Of a stretch of 64,000 nucleotides of DNA, positions 12,501 through 23,827 are shown piece after piece (position 1 is the stretch's first letter; each line of letters starts with the position of its first letter). The notes under the pieces were generated by a model. The model did not search any database and was not told the DNA's origin. It saw only the letters and a list, made by a program, of their open reading frames with translations. The DNA comes from Lytechinus pictus. Its lineage: Eukaryota. Position numbers and translations under genes: made by a program. Location: the NCBI RefSeq assembly GCF_037042905.1, contig NC_087252.1, positions 10,790,001 through 10,854,000 on the forward strand. Direction: 5' to 3'.

Positions 12501-15500
12501 TTTTCCCCTCTATTCACATCAGCTCCTTGACTGATGAGATGTTTGGTGACATCAAGATAACCATTTTGAGCTGCAATGTGTAATGCGGTCCTACCAGTCT
12601 CATTCTCTTTTTTTACCTCAGCTCCTTGACTGATGAGATATTTGATGATATCAAGATGACCATTCCTAGTAGCACTGTGTAAAGCAGTCAAACCAATATT
12701 GTCCTTTCTATTCACTTCAGCTCCGTGACCAATGAGATATCTGGTGACATCAAGATGACCATTCTCAGCTGAACTGTGTAAGGAGGTCGAGCCCTCATTA
12801 TCTCTTTTATTCACATTTGCTCCTTGAGCGATGAGATATTCGATGACTTCCAGATGGCCATTCTGACCTGCAATTTGTAAAGCAGTCCATTCAGTGTTAT
12901 CCCCTCTGTTTACTTCAGCTCCTTGACTGATGAGATATTTGATAACATCAAGATGACTATTCCTAGCTGCGCTGTGTAATGCAGTCCCACCAGTTATATT
13001 CTGTGTATCCACTTCAGCTCCTATACTGATGAGATGCTTGGTGACATCAAGATGACCATTCTGAGCAGCAATCTGTAATGCAGTCCAACCATCTTTTTCC
13101 CCTCTATTCACATCAGCTCCTTGACTGATGAGATGTTTGGTGACATCAAGATGACCATTCTGAACTGCAATGTGTAATGCGGTCCTACCAGTCTCATTCT
13201 CTTTTTTTACCTCAGCTCCTTGACTGATGAGATGTTTAGTCACATCCAGATGGTTATTCTGAGCTGCAATGTGCAATGCAGTCCATTTAGTATTATCCCC
13301 TCTCTCCACTTCAGCTCCTTGACTGATGAGATGTTTGGTGACATCCAAATGACCATTCTTAACTGCTTTGTGTAATGCAGTCCAACCATCTATCCCCCCT
13401 CTATTCACATCAGCTCCTTGACTGATGAGATGCTTGGTGACATCAAGATGACCATTCTGAGCAGCAATCTGTAATGCAGTCCAACCATCTTTTTCCCCTC
13501 TATTCACATCAGCTCCTTGACTGATGAGATGTTTGGTGACATCAAGATGACCATTCCTAGTAGCACTGTGTAAAGCAGTCAAACCAATATTGTCCTCTCT
13601 ATTCACTTCAGCTCCGTGACCAATGAGATATCTGGTGACATCAAGATGACCATTCTCAGCTGAACTGTGTAAGCCGGTCGAGCCATCATTATTTCGTTCA
13701 TTCACATCAGCTCCACGACTAATGAGATATTGGATGACATGAAGACGATCATTCTTGCAAGCGATGTATAATGCGGTATTTCCATTATTATTCCCTTTAT
13801 TTACTTCAGCTCCTTTACTGATGAGATATTTGATGATATCAAGATGACCATTCCTAGCTGCGCTGTGTAATGCAGTCACACCAATATTATCCTCTCTATT
13901 CACTTCAGCTCCACAACTAATGAGATATTTGCTGACATCAAGATAACCATACTCAGCTGTACTGTGTAAGCCGGTCGAGCCATCATTATTTCGTTCATTC
14001 ACATCAGCTCCACGACAAATGAGATATTGGATGACATGAAAAAGATCATTCTTGCAAGCGATGTATAATGCGGTATTTCCATTATTATTCCCTTTATTTA
14101 CTTCAGCTCCTTGACTGATGAGTATTCTGATGACACCAAGAAGACCATTCAGGGATGCAATATATAATGCAGTATTTCCATCATTATTCCGTTTATTCAC
14201 CTCAGCTCCTTGACTGATGAGATATTTGATGATATCAAGATGACCATTCCTAGTAGCACTGTGTAAAGCAGTCAAACCAATATTGTCCTCTCTATTCACT
14301 TCAGCTCCGTGACCAATGAGATATCTGGTGACATCAAGATGACCATTCTCAGCTGAACTGTGTAAGCCGGTCGAGCCATCATTATTTCGTTCATTCACAT
14401 CAGCTCCACGACTAATGAGATATTGGATGACATGAAGACGATCATTCTTGCAAGCGATGTATAATGCGGTATTTCCATTATTATTCCCTTTATTTACTTC
14501 AGCTCCTTGACTGATGAGATATTTGATGATATCAAGATGACCATTCCTAGTAGCACTGTGTAAAGCAGTCAAACCAATATTGTCCTCTCTATTCACTTCA
14601 GCTCCGTGACCAATGAGATATCTGGTGACATCAAGATGACCATTCTCAGCTGAACTGTGTAAGCCGGTCGAGCCATCATTAGTTCGTTCATTCACATCAG
14701 CTCCACGACTAATGAGATATTGGATGACATGAAGACGATCATTCTTGCAAGCGATGTATAATGCGGTATTTCCATTATTATTCCCTTTATTTACTTCAGC
14801 TCCTTGACTGATGAGATATTTGATGATATCAAGATGACCATTCCTAGCTGCGCTGTGTAATGCAGTCACACCAATATTATCCTCTCTATTCACTTCAGCT
14901 CCACAACTAATGAGATATTTACTGACATCAAGATAACCATACTCAGCTGTACTGTGTAAGCCGGTCGAGCCATCATTATTTCGTTCATTCACATCAGCTC
15001 CACGACTAATGAGATATTGGATGACATGAAGACGATCATTCTTGCAAGCGATGTATAATGCGGTATTTCCATTATTATTCCCTTTATTTACTTCAGCTCC
15101 TTGACTGATGAGATGTTTGGTGACATCAAGATGACCATTCAAAGCTGCATAGTGTAATGCATTCAAACCAGCCACATCCCCTGTATTCACTTCAGCTCCT
15201 TGACTGATGAGATGTTTGGTGACATCAAGATGACCACTCTCAACTGCACTGTGTAATGCAGTCCAAGCCGAAGAATTCGTGCTATTCACTTTAGCTCCTC
15301 CACTAATGAGATACTTGGTTACATCAAGATGACCATTCCCAGCTGCATTGTGTAATGCAGTCAAACCAGTAGCATCCTTTCTATTCACGTCAGCTCCTTG
15401 ACTGATGAGATATTTGGTCACATCAAGATGACCATTTTGAGCTGCCCTGTGTAATGGAGTCCAAATGGTATCATCCTCTCTATTCACTTTAACTACTTCA

Positions 15501-17341
15501 CTAATGAGATATTTGGTGACATCAAGATGACCATTTCCAGCGGCATAGTGTAATGCCGTCAAACCAACATCATTCCCTTTATTCACTTCAGCTCCTTGAC
15601 TGATGAGATGTTTGGTGACATCAAGATGACCATTCAAAGCTGCATAGTGTAATGCATTCAAACCAGCCACATCCCCTGTATTCACTTCAGCTCCTTGACT
15701 GATGAGATGTTTGGTTACATCAAGATGACCATTCCCAGCTGCATTGTGTAATGCAGTCAAACCAGTAGCATCCTTTCTATTCACGCCAGCTCCTTGACTG
15801 ATGAGATATTTGGTCACATCAAGATGACCATTCCCATCTGCATAGTGTAATGCAGTCAAAAAGGTATCATCCTTTCTATTCACGTCGGCTCCTTGACTGA
15901 TGAGATGTTTGGTGACATCAAGATGACCATTCAAAGCTGCATAGTGTAATGCATTCAAACCAGCCACACCCCCTGTATTCACTTCAGCTCCTTGACTGAT
16001 GAGATATTTGGTGACATCAAGATGACCATTTTGAGCTGCCCTGTGTAATGCAGTCCAAGCCGAAGAATTCGTGCTATTCACTTTAGCTCCTCTACTAATG
16101 AGATACTTGGTTACATCAAGATGACCATTCCCAGCTGCATTGTGTAATGCAGTCAAACCAGTAGCATCCTTTCTATTCACGTCAGCTCCTTGACTGATGA
16201 GATATTTGGTCACATCAAGATGACCATTCTTAGCTGCACTGTGCAATGCAATGCACTCACTATTATCCCTTTTATTCACTTCAGCTCCTTGACTGATGAG
16301 ATATTTGGTGACATCAAGATGACCATTTTGAGCTGCCCTGTGTAATGGAGTCCAAATGGTATCATCCTCTCTATTCACTTTAACTCCTTCACTAATGAGA
16401 TATTTGGTGACATCAAGATGACCATTTCCAGCGGCATAGTGTAATGCCGTCAAACCAACATCATTCCCTTTATTCACTCTAGCTCCTTGACTAATGAGAT
16501 GCTTGGTTACATCAAGATGACCATTCTTAGCTGCACTGTGCAATGCAATGCACTCACTATTATCCCTTTTATTCACTTCAGCTCCTTGACTGATGAGATA
16601 TTTGGTGACATCAAGATGACCATTCTGAGCTGCACTGTGTAATGCAGTACATTTAGTATCATCCCCTATATTTACTTCAACTCCTTGACTGATGAGATAT
16701 TCGGTGACATGAAGATGACCATTCCAAGCTGCATAGTGTAATGCAGTAAAACCAGTATCATCCCCTATATTTACTTCAGCTCCTTGACTGATGAGATGTT
16801 TCGTTACACCAAGATGACCATTCTTAGCTGCACTGTGTAATGGAGTCCAAACAGTGTCATCCCCTCTATTTACATCAGCTCCTTGATTGATGAGATGTTT
16901 GGTCACATCAAGATGACAATTCTTAGCTGCATAGTGTAATGGGGTCAAACCATTATTATCCCCTCTATTTACTTCAGCTCCATGACTGATGAGATGTTTG
17001 GTTACATCAAGATGACCATTCTTAGCTGCATAGTGTAGTGCGGTGAAATCATCCTCACCCCCTTTATTCACTTCAGCTCCATGACTGAGAATAATGTTCA
17101 CTGCCTTTAGAAGTCCCTGTGCGGTAGCAAGATGTAAGGGAGTTAGTCCCGTTGACGTAGCCTTTTTGACATCAGCTCCATGATTTATGAGATATTCAAT
17201 GATGTCTCCTTGGTCGTACTTAACTGCAATGTGTAAACACGTGTTTCCATCTTGGTCTGTCTGGTGTATGTTAGCACCCTGTTTGATCGATTGCCTTACT
17301 TGTCTAATCTTCCCTTTCGATACTGCCGTTAGCAAATCCAT
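2415..17341 (-). CDS. Gene 1: giant ankyrin-repeat / ZU5 / UPA / death-domain protein (~3173 aa, 10 coding exons)
   Basis: Exons 9455-17341, 7929-8111, 6719-6876, 6170-6204, 4972-5304, 4348-4595, 3740-3868, 3467-3629, 3188-3221, 2415-2766. All are GT-AG and phase-compatible, summing to 9522 nt with no internal stop. Confidence 0.85.
3188..3221 (-). CDS. Gene 1 exon 9 (34-nt micro-exon, EEQNLEPTAFTR)
   Basis: tctgtcacag| and AG|gtaaga; bridges phase 1 to phase 2. Confidence 0.8.
3467..3629 (-). CDS. Gene 1 exon 8 (UPA-like)
   Basis: gacag| and G|gtatgt; VLLLKDVQSRMQHRIVLSIP...VALNFVIRCS; phase 0-1. Confidence 0.82.
3740..3868 (-). CDS. Gene 1 exon 7 (UPA-like)
   Basis: caacag| and AAG|gtaatt; EIQKEEKKQSYHKAHPSIPIRIASKSGNVNVACYQGDDQVDKK; phase 0-0. 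Confidence 0.82.
4348..4595 (-). CDS. Gene 1 exon 6 (ZU5 C-terminal strands / start of UPA-like domain)
   Basis: cctag| and |gtacgt; DLPKTSRRRSSNSPDKPPHCRVCKSHLELYILHSANWWVLIPLEQ...; phase 1-0. Confidence 0.85.
4972..5304 (-). CDS. Gene 1 exon 5 (ZU5 domain: HGISMFVPPEAILQGESREVTL...YGVRCDPPNMIFLKPAKIWIPHAA)
   Basis: Matches the ZU5 pattern G(I/V)S(L/M)xIPxGA...F.KPVxxxIPH; aacag| and G|gtaagc, phase 1-1. Confidence 0.88.
6170..6204 (-). CDS. Gene 1 exon 4 (35-nt micro-exon, RLNSLEDIKSYR)
   Basis: ttttcag| acceptor, G|gtagga donor; bridges phase 2 to phase 1 as required. Confidence 0.8.
6479..6539. repeat. (AT)n + poly-T + poly-G run
   Basis: Directly visible. Confidence 0.9.
6719..6876 (-). 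CDS. Gene 1 exon 3 (terminal ankyrin-like repeat: YLLENGAKIDVEDKSGKLPIHYA)
   Basis: ttgcag| acceptor, AG|gtattt donor, phase 0-2. Confidence 0.9.
7180..7370 (+). mobile_element. Decayed 3' fragment of a CR1/L2-group LINE ORF2
   Basis: Translates to ...IKYAGAKVWNELPK*, the same C-terminal motif as the LINE fragment at 39403 ([13 protein letters not shown]). Confidence 0.55.
7929..8111 (-). CDS. Gene 1 exon 2 (ankyrin-like: HHAIQDGHTSDVEYLVTHGADLNVQSADGQTCLHEAIK)
   Basis: ttcccag| acceptor, |gtgagt donor, 61 codons, phase 0-0. Confidence 0.9.
8616..9035. mobile_element. Possible MITE with imperfect TIRs in intron 1
   Basis: aaggggaagatcagac ... gtctgatcgttccctt; the interior is more GC-rich than the flanks. 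Confidence 0.4.
9455..17341 (-). CDS. Gene 1 exon 1: ~77 tandem 33-aa ankyrin repeats
   Basis: 2629 open codons with the repeat GxTALHxAAxNGHLDVTKYLISQGAEVN; donor GAG|gtgaga at 9455. The ATG is preceded by ttgacag, so an upstream exon is possible. Confidence 0.95.
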
Positions 17342-17670
17342 ACTGTCAAATATACTGGCTACTGCAGTTAAGCCGTGAACACATCATGTAGCTTCGAAAT
17401 TTATGTTTTATTTGGAATCTCGAACTTAATTTGGTGGCATGGTTAAAGTGTTTCCGTCCCTTCTGTATCCCTTGCGGGGTAAATGATACACGAAGTTTTG
17501 TGAAACTTATGACAGTCTGCTCGCCGCCATCCAAGTGCAATTGCGAAGCTCATTATATTATGAAGAAATACATCTCGCAGAATAGCTGAATCAGTTATTT
17601 GATTGGTGTCACCGCCTTAATTCATTCTATTGTTACCACCATGAAAACAACGTTTCCAACTATTCATTTA

Positions 17671-18481
17671 TGTACCCAATGCTGACGTCAGATATTCAGT
17701 AAGGCTTTTCACAGCTCACTGCCACCCATTGTTCAAAGCAGCTACTATGCACAGAAAATAACGTGAATTAACAAACATGTAAGTATGTGTTGTTAGCATG
17801 CATGTAATGACATCTAAAACCATCATCTTTATTTAGAGAGAAAACACATCGGGGATACATAAAATGCTGAGGTAAGGTCAGAATTGCGTGCATCAAATTT
17901 AAAAAATCTAATAGAAAAAAGACCAAAGAGAATAGCAAAATAAAAATATATAAAGAAGACATGAATTGAGATTGATTATATTTGAAAGGACTGAACACCT
18001 GCTTAATGTAAGATATTGTTCAAAGGGGTATAAGAGGCTGGAAACAGTAATACATAAATAAATATAGTAAAATCTAACCAAAAATGCACCCAATGCTGAC
18101 GTCAGATATTCAGTAAGGCTTTTCACAGCTCACTGCCACCCATTGTTCAAAGCAGCTACTATGCACATAAAATAACGTGAATTCACAAGGTCATGAAGGG
18201 ACAGATGACTGCATTTAATCAAATGTCGGAATGCATACTTTTTTGAAAACGTACATGTAGGTATGTGTTGTTAGCATGCATGTAATGAGATCTAAAACCA
18301 TCATCTTTATTTAGAGAGAAAACACATCGGGGATACATAAAATGCTGAGGTAAGGACAGAATTGCGTGCATCAAAATTAAAAAAATCTAATAGTAAAAGA
18401 GACCAAAGAGAATAGCAAAAACAAAAATATATAAAGAAGACATAAATTGAGATTGATTATATTTGAATGGACTGAACACCT
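17671..18481. repeat. ~415-490-bp tandem unit upstream of gene 1 (copy 1 and the interrupted copy 2)
   Basis: cccaatgctgacgtcagatattcagtaaggcttttcacagctcactgccaccc at ~17675 and ~18089; copy 1 has a ~65-bp deletion. Confidence 0.9.
17676..17690. promoter_or_regulatory. CCAAT box adjacent to a perfect CRE palindrome (TGACGTCA), ~340 bp upstream of the gene 1 ATG
   Basis: ccaatgcTGACGTCA; repeated at 18097-18104 and 23933-23940; another ATTGG at 17602-17606. Function not demonstrated. Confidence 0.4.
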
Positions 18482-20438
18482 TGTACATGGCTAATTCTTT
18501 TTGCAATGGACCGAGTATACATTGAGATTTTTAAAAATACCCATGCCAGCAACTTCATCCTGTACGGGGGCCCAGACAGTAGGCCCAAAGTGCCCATAGA
18601 TCCTGTATATGTCCCACAACTAATTTATTAAGCTAAAAATGTACATGGATAATTCCTTTTGCAATGGAGGCAGTATACATTGGGATTTTCAAAAATACCC
18701 ATGCCAGCAACTTTATCCTGTACGGGGGCCCAGACAGTAGGCCCAAAGGGCCCCCCGAAAATGGGTTTATTCAGCTGAAAAGGTACATGGCTAATTATTT
18801 TTTGCAATGGACCGAGTATACATCGGGATTTCCAAAAATACCCATGCCAGCAACTTCATCCTGTACGGGGGCCCAGACAGTAGGCCCAAAGTGCCCATAT
18901 ATCCTGTATATGTCCCACAACTAATTTATTAAGCTAAAAACGTACATGGATAATTCCTTTTGCAATGGAGGCAGTATACATTCGGATTTTCAAAAATACC
19001 CATGCCAGCAACTTTATCCTGTACAGGGGCCCAGACAGTAGGCCCGAAGGGCCCCCAAAAAATGGGTTTATTCAGCTGAAAAGGTACATGGCTAATTCTT
19101 TTTTCAATGGACCGAGTATATATTGGGATTTCCCAAAACTACCCATGCCAGTAAATTTACCTTGTATGGGGGCCCAGACAGTAGCCCCAAAGCGCCCATA
19201 TGCCCCACAACTAATTTATTCAGCTAAAAATGTACACGGATAATTTCTTTTGAAATGGAGGCAGCATACAATGGGATTTTCAAAAATACCCATGTCAGCA
19301 ACTTTATCCTGTATAGGGCCGAGACAGTAGGCCCGAAGAGCCCCCGAAAATGGGGTTATTTAGCTGACCTGCCAGCAACTTCATTCTGCACGGGGGCCCA
19401 GACAGTAGCTCCATAGTGCCCCTCCCCAAAAAGTGTATTTTAGGCTGAAAACAGACATGGGTGATTGTTTTTTGCAATGGAACTTGCATATACTTTGGGG
19501 TCATATAAATGTCAATTCCAGCTGATTTACCATGTATGGGGGCCCAGATAGAAGCAAAAAAGGGAACAGATGTCAAACAACTAATTTGTTTGGCAGAAGT
19601 GATGCATGGATATAACATAGCTTTTTTTGGATGGAATTTGTATGCACTTAGCTAAGGTTTCTAAAAATACCAATGCCATCAAGTTTATTCTGTATGAGGA
19701 CCAGACGTGCAGTCGAGCCAAAAGCCCCAAGGATAATAACATTTACATGGCTAATCAATTTTGTAATGTAATCAGTATACCTTAGTCTTTTTTTTCAGTA
19801 ATATATGCCTGAAAGGGGCCCAGTGTGCAATATATAGGCCTATAGTTTCAATTTGGGATAACGAATATATGCTTGGAACTGGCAGAAATACCCACACTTG
19901 ATTTACTGGGCTGAAGACATAGAGGGGTAATTAGGCCTATTTACATTTCTAAATTATAAGTGAGGGTTTACAAAATAGATTGAAACATGCATAATCTTTC
20001 TTGAACTGAAATAATGACAGTAGCAGCAGCGAGCGAACGAGCACGCAGAATGCCGTGTCCACAAAACCTCTTTCAAGTGGTTTGTAATTATCACAAGGGC
20101 TATGGATATGGGAGTATATGCCGTGTGCCTAATACTAACATCTATCACTTTTGCTGATTACAGTTTAAGGCCCGAATATAGTAGAATAGTATTTTGATTT
20201 TTAACCTGAAATGTGTGACATTTGCCAATTCCTCTCTTCCTCTCATTTTGGTTACTTTTCTTTCCATTTCCACTTCTATGTATTTTTAAAAAACTTCTTC
20301 CTCTTTTCTTGTTTTTTTCCTCTTTTATCCCTCATAATCTTTTGTGTCGCCATCAAAGGTACGAGGCTGCTTCAGCTTCCAAAATCCAACTACATCTTCC
20401 CATATATTATTATATATATAATGAGATGCAGGACACCT

Positions 20439-20524
<86 letters not shown>

Positions 20525-23500
20525 CCTTTTCAAGGGCTTTTGTTTGAAAAAAATCATTTCTTCCATTTAGTGTTATTCCTTTCTCTTTTCCCTATTATTA
20601 TTATCGTCTCTGTATCCTTCTGTTTCCTCAATCACTTTCCTTAATCCAGATATCCTTTTTCTCATTAATCTTTTATGCTGTCCTTCCTCCATCTCTCTAG
20701 TTTTTATATTTCCTCTTTCTCGTCCCTCCCCTGTCCTTCTTTCCTCTATTTTGTTCACTCTCCCTTTTCTTTAGTCTCTCCCAGCTTCCTTCCTTCCTTC
20801 TCCCCCTTCCTTTTCTCTCCGGATCTCTATTTCCTTTCTCGTTTTTCTCTTCCCCATTCCTTTTCTCTCCCCTCTTCGTTCTTTCCTTCTTATTCTTTCT
20901 CTTTGCCCCCTTCACACTCTCTCCCATCTATATTCCCCTCCTCATTTTCTCTCTTTCCTCCCCTTCCTTTTCTCTCCCCTCCTCTAATCTCTTTTCGTTT
21001 TCTATTTCCTCCATTTCTTCCCCCTTTACTTTTTTCTTTATTTTCCACTTCCTGTCCTTTCCGCCCTCCCTTTATCTTCTCCCTCATTCCCATTCCCTTC
21101 CCCTTATTTCCCTTCTCTCGTTCTCTCCCCCCCTCTTTTCCCTTCACTTCTTTCCTCTCTGGCTCCCTTTTCCCATAGCCCCTCACGTTTTCCCTTTTCC
21201 CTCCCTCTTCCCCTCTCTTCTTTTCCTTCTCATTTCCTCTCATTCCCCTGTGACGTAGATCCGGTCCTAGCAGTGGGTGATCATAGAAATATTGAGATGA
21301 AAATTCCAAGTTTGGGGGACACCCAAAACAAGGGATATTATAAGCGTGTATCTAGCTAATATTACCATCTTTCTCTTAAAGCCTATGAAGATTTTTAAAT
21401 ATCTATATTATAACAGTTTTCTTAGTTACTGAAGTCGGTATAATATCAGTATGTAGGCGAGCGAAGCGAGGTGGTTTGTAATTATATGTCAAGTGGTTTG
21501 TAATTATCATCATAACAAGGGATATGGATACGGGAGTATATTGCCGTGTGCCTAATACTAACATTTATTATTTTTGGTGATAATAGTTAAAGGCCGGAAT
21601 AAAATATTATTTTGAATTATTAACCTGAAAGGTGTGGTATTTGCCAATTCTCTTCTTTCTCCCATTTCGTTACTTTTCTTTATATTTCCAAGTTTATATA
21701 TTTTTAAAACTTCTTCCCCCTTTCTTGTTATTTTCCTCTTTTATCCCTCATAATCCTGTGCGTCGCCATTTAAGGGACGAGGCTGCTTCAGCTTCCAAGA
21801 CCCAACTATATTTTCCAATTCCCTTTTATTCTTTTTTTATATTTTATTTTATACGAGACGGCAAGGGCTTTTGTCAAACAAAAATACATCCTTTCCTTTT
21901 CCCCTTTTATATGATCGCCTCTATATCCTTCTGTTTCCTCAATTACTTTCCTTTATCCAGTTATCATTTTTCTCCCCTTCTCTATCTTTTATTCTGTTAT
22001 TTCTCAATCTATATTAGTTTTTATATTTCCTCTTTCACTTCCCTTCCCCTTCCCTCTCTCACCCTCTCCTCTATTTTTGTTCACCCTCCCCTTGCTTTTC
22101 TCTCCCTGCTTCCTTTTCTCTTTTCCCATTCCCTTTCCCTCCCTCTCTCTCTCCCCCTTCTCATTTTTCTCTCTTACCTCCCCTTCTTTTTCTCTCCCCT
22201 CCCCGGTTCCCTTCTTTTTTTTCTATTTCCTCCCTTTCTTTCCCGACCCTTCACCATTTTCTCTCCTTTCCACCTCCTATCCTTTCTGCACTCCCTTTTT
22301 CTTCACCCTCACTCCCCTTCCCATTTCCCTATTCTCCTTTCTACACCCCCCCTCTTTTGAGGGGAGGAGGGGGGGGGGCATTTGGGGGGCCCACTGGATC
22401 CACGCATGGCGGGACATTGTATCTGGCAAGTGAGGGCAGTTGTGATCATACAATTTGCATGCAAAGAGGAATATTATACCACAATTAATGCAATAAATGT
22501 TTGGAGAAAATTGGAATAAAAGAACATTTCATTTTTTTTTTCATTCGGCCCTGCTGCCACCTTCAAGGTCATCCCAAGTGCTACCCTCCGTTTGCTGTAA
22601 TCTTTTTATTACATCAACTGGTATCATCTATTGTATCATTTAATTGGTCGTTTTTAGCAACAAGTAATGATTGATTAATTATGAAGTATATAGACATTAA
22701 TGAAACATGCACAAACTTTTATTTTTGATAACTAATGGATGATGCTTGATCATTATTATGTTCAACAGATAGTTTAATCAGTCAAATCGGTTTGACTAAA
22801 ATTATGAGTACAATTAACATTTCTCACCTGACAAGTAGTTAAAGGCAAATCAGAATAGGCGGCTGTTGCCATTATGCAATATCAGGCAATACCAATACAA
22901 AGAAGTTCAGGGCGTGGAGCTCGATTAGCCACAATATCATTTCAGGGGCCAAATTGGTTTTGTACAGTAGTCGGCCTCTCAAACTATTTTGTCTAATCCG
23001 GGTGGATAGTCCTGAACACTCCCATCCCTTTAATTGTTATCAGTGGATGCCTTCATTATCTTTTGTATCCCCCCCCCCCCCAATATTGATAATGCACCAT
23101 TCTAATGGGCCCTGCATGAATTCTGTCTTGGACCCCACACAGGTAGAATGCTGCTGGCATGGGTAGTTTTGTGATCCTTAAAGTATGCAGATTCCATTTT
23201 AAAAAGAATTAGCCATGTACCCTTTCAGCTGGATAGCCCCATTTTCGGGGGTCCTTCGGGCCTACGGTCTGGGCCCCTATACAGGATAAAGTTGCTAGCA
23301 TGGGTTTTTCTTTTTAAATCGCATTGTATACTGCCTCCATTTTAAAAGGAATTATCCACGTATATTTTCAGCTGAATAAATTAGTTGTGGGACATATACT
23401 GATATATGGGCACTTTGGGGATCCTTTCTGGGCCCCCGTACAGGATAAAGTTGCTGGCATGGGTATTTTGGTAAATCCCAATGTATACTCGGTCCATTGC

Positions 23501-23827
23501 AAAAATAATTAGCCATGTACCTTTTCAGCTGAATAAACCCATTTTCGGGGGGCCCTTTGGGCCTACTGTCTGGGCCCCCGTACAGGATAAAGTTGCTGGC
23601 ATGAGTATTTTTGAAAATCTCAATGTATACTCGGTCAGTTGCAAAAATAATTAGCCATGTACCTTTTCAGCTGAATAAACCCATTTTGGGGGCCATCGGG
23701 GCCTTCCGTACAGGATATGGCCCGGCAGCAACACTTTTCCTTGATCACTGCCTTTATGCCAACATGATGGGACCATCAAACCTTTTGTACCCGATCAGCT
23801 GAATAAACTCTCCCAGCCCCCGGACTA
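18482..23827. mobile_element. 5.35-kb non-autonomous DNA transposon with long, internally repetitive inverted arms; 3-bp TSD CCT; possibly Academ-like
   Basis: Splits the host unit ctgaacaCCT|gcttaatg, with CCT on both sides (18479-18481, 23828-23830). The left arm (18482 to ~19830) and right arm (~23100-23827) are inverted arrays of alternating ~158/142-bp units. No transposase ORF. Confidence 0.85.
20030..22410. repeat. Two diverged ~1-1.4-kb direct copies inside the transposon, each with a CT-rich tract; (AT)n at 20441-20522
   Basis: aagtggtttgtaattatc...gggagtata..gccgtgtgcctaatactaaca at ~20075 and ~21491; gaggctgcttcagcttccaa at ~20363 and ~21779. Confidence 0.8.

Noticed and set aside
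9455..17341. Calling gene 1 a canonical ankyrin (ANK1/2/3, unc-44)
   Set aside because: About 77 homogenised repeats in one exon and only one ZU5; no resemblance to the conserved 24-repeat multi-exon ankyrin layout, so no symbol was assigned.
9437..17341. Bacterial endosymbiont or viral ankyrin gene (intronless ORF, horizontal transfer)
   Set aside because: The ORF has a good donor at 9455 and splices in frame to nine downstream GT-AG exons encoding metazoan ZU5/death domains.
18664..19618. Short repeated ORFs as transposase or peptide genes
   Set aside because: They are translations of the subterminal tandem units, with frame breaks between units and no recognisable domain.
18482..19830. 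CRISPR-like repeat-spacer array (also considered for 1-1550 and 59506-60720)
   Set aside because: Units are similar along their whole length, with no unique spacers and no cas genes; the context is eukaryotic.
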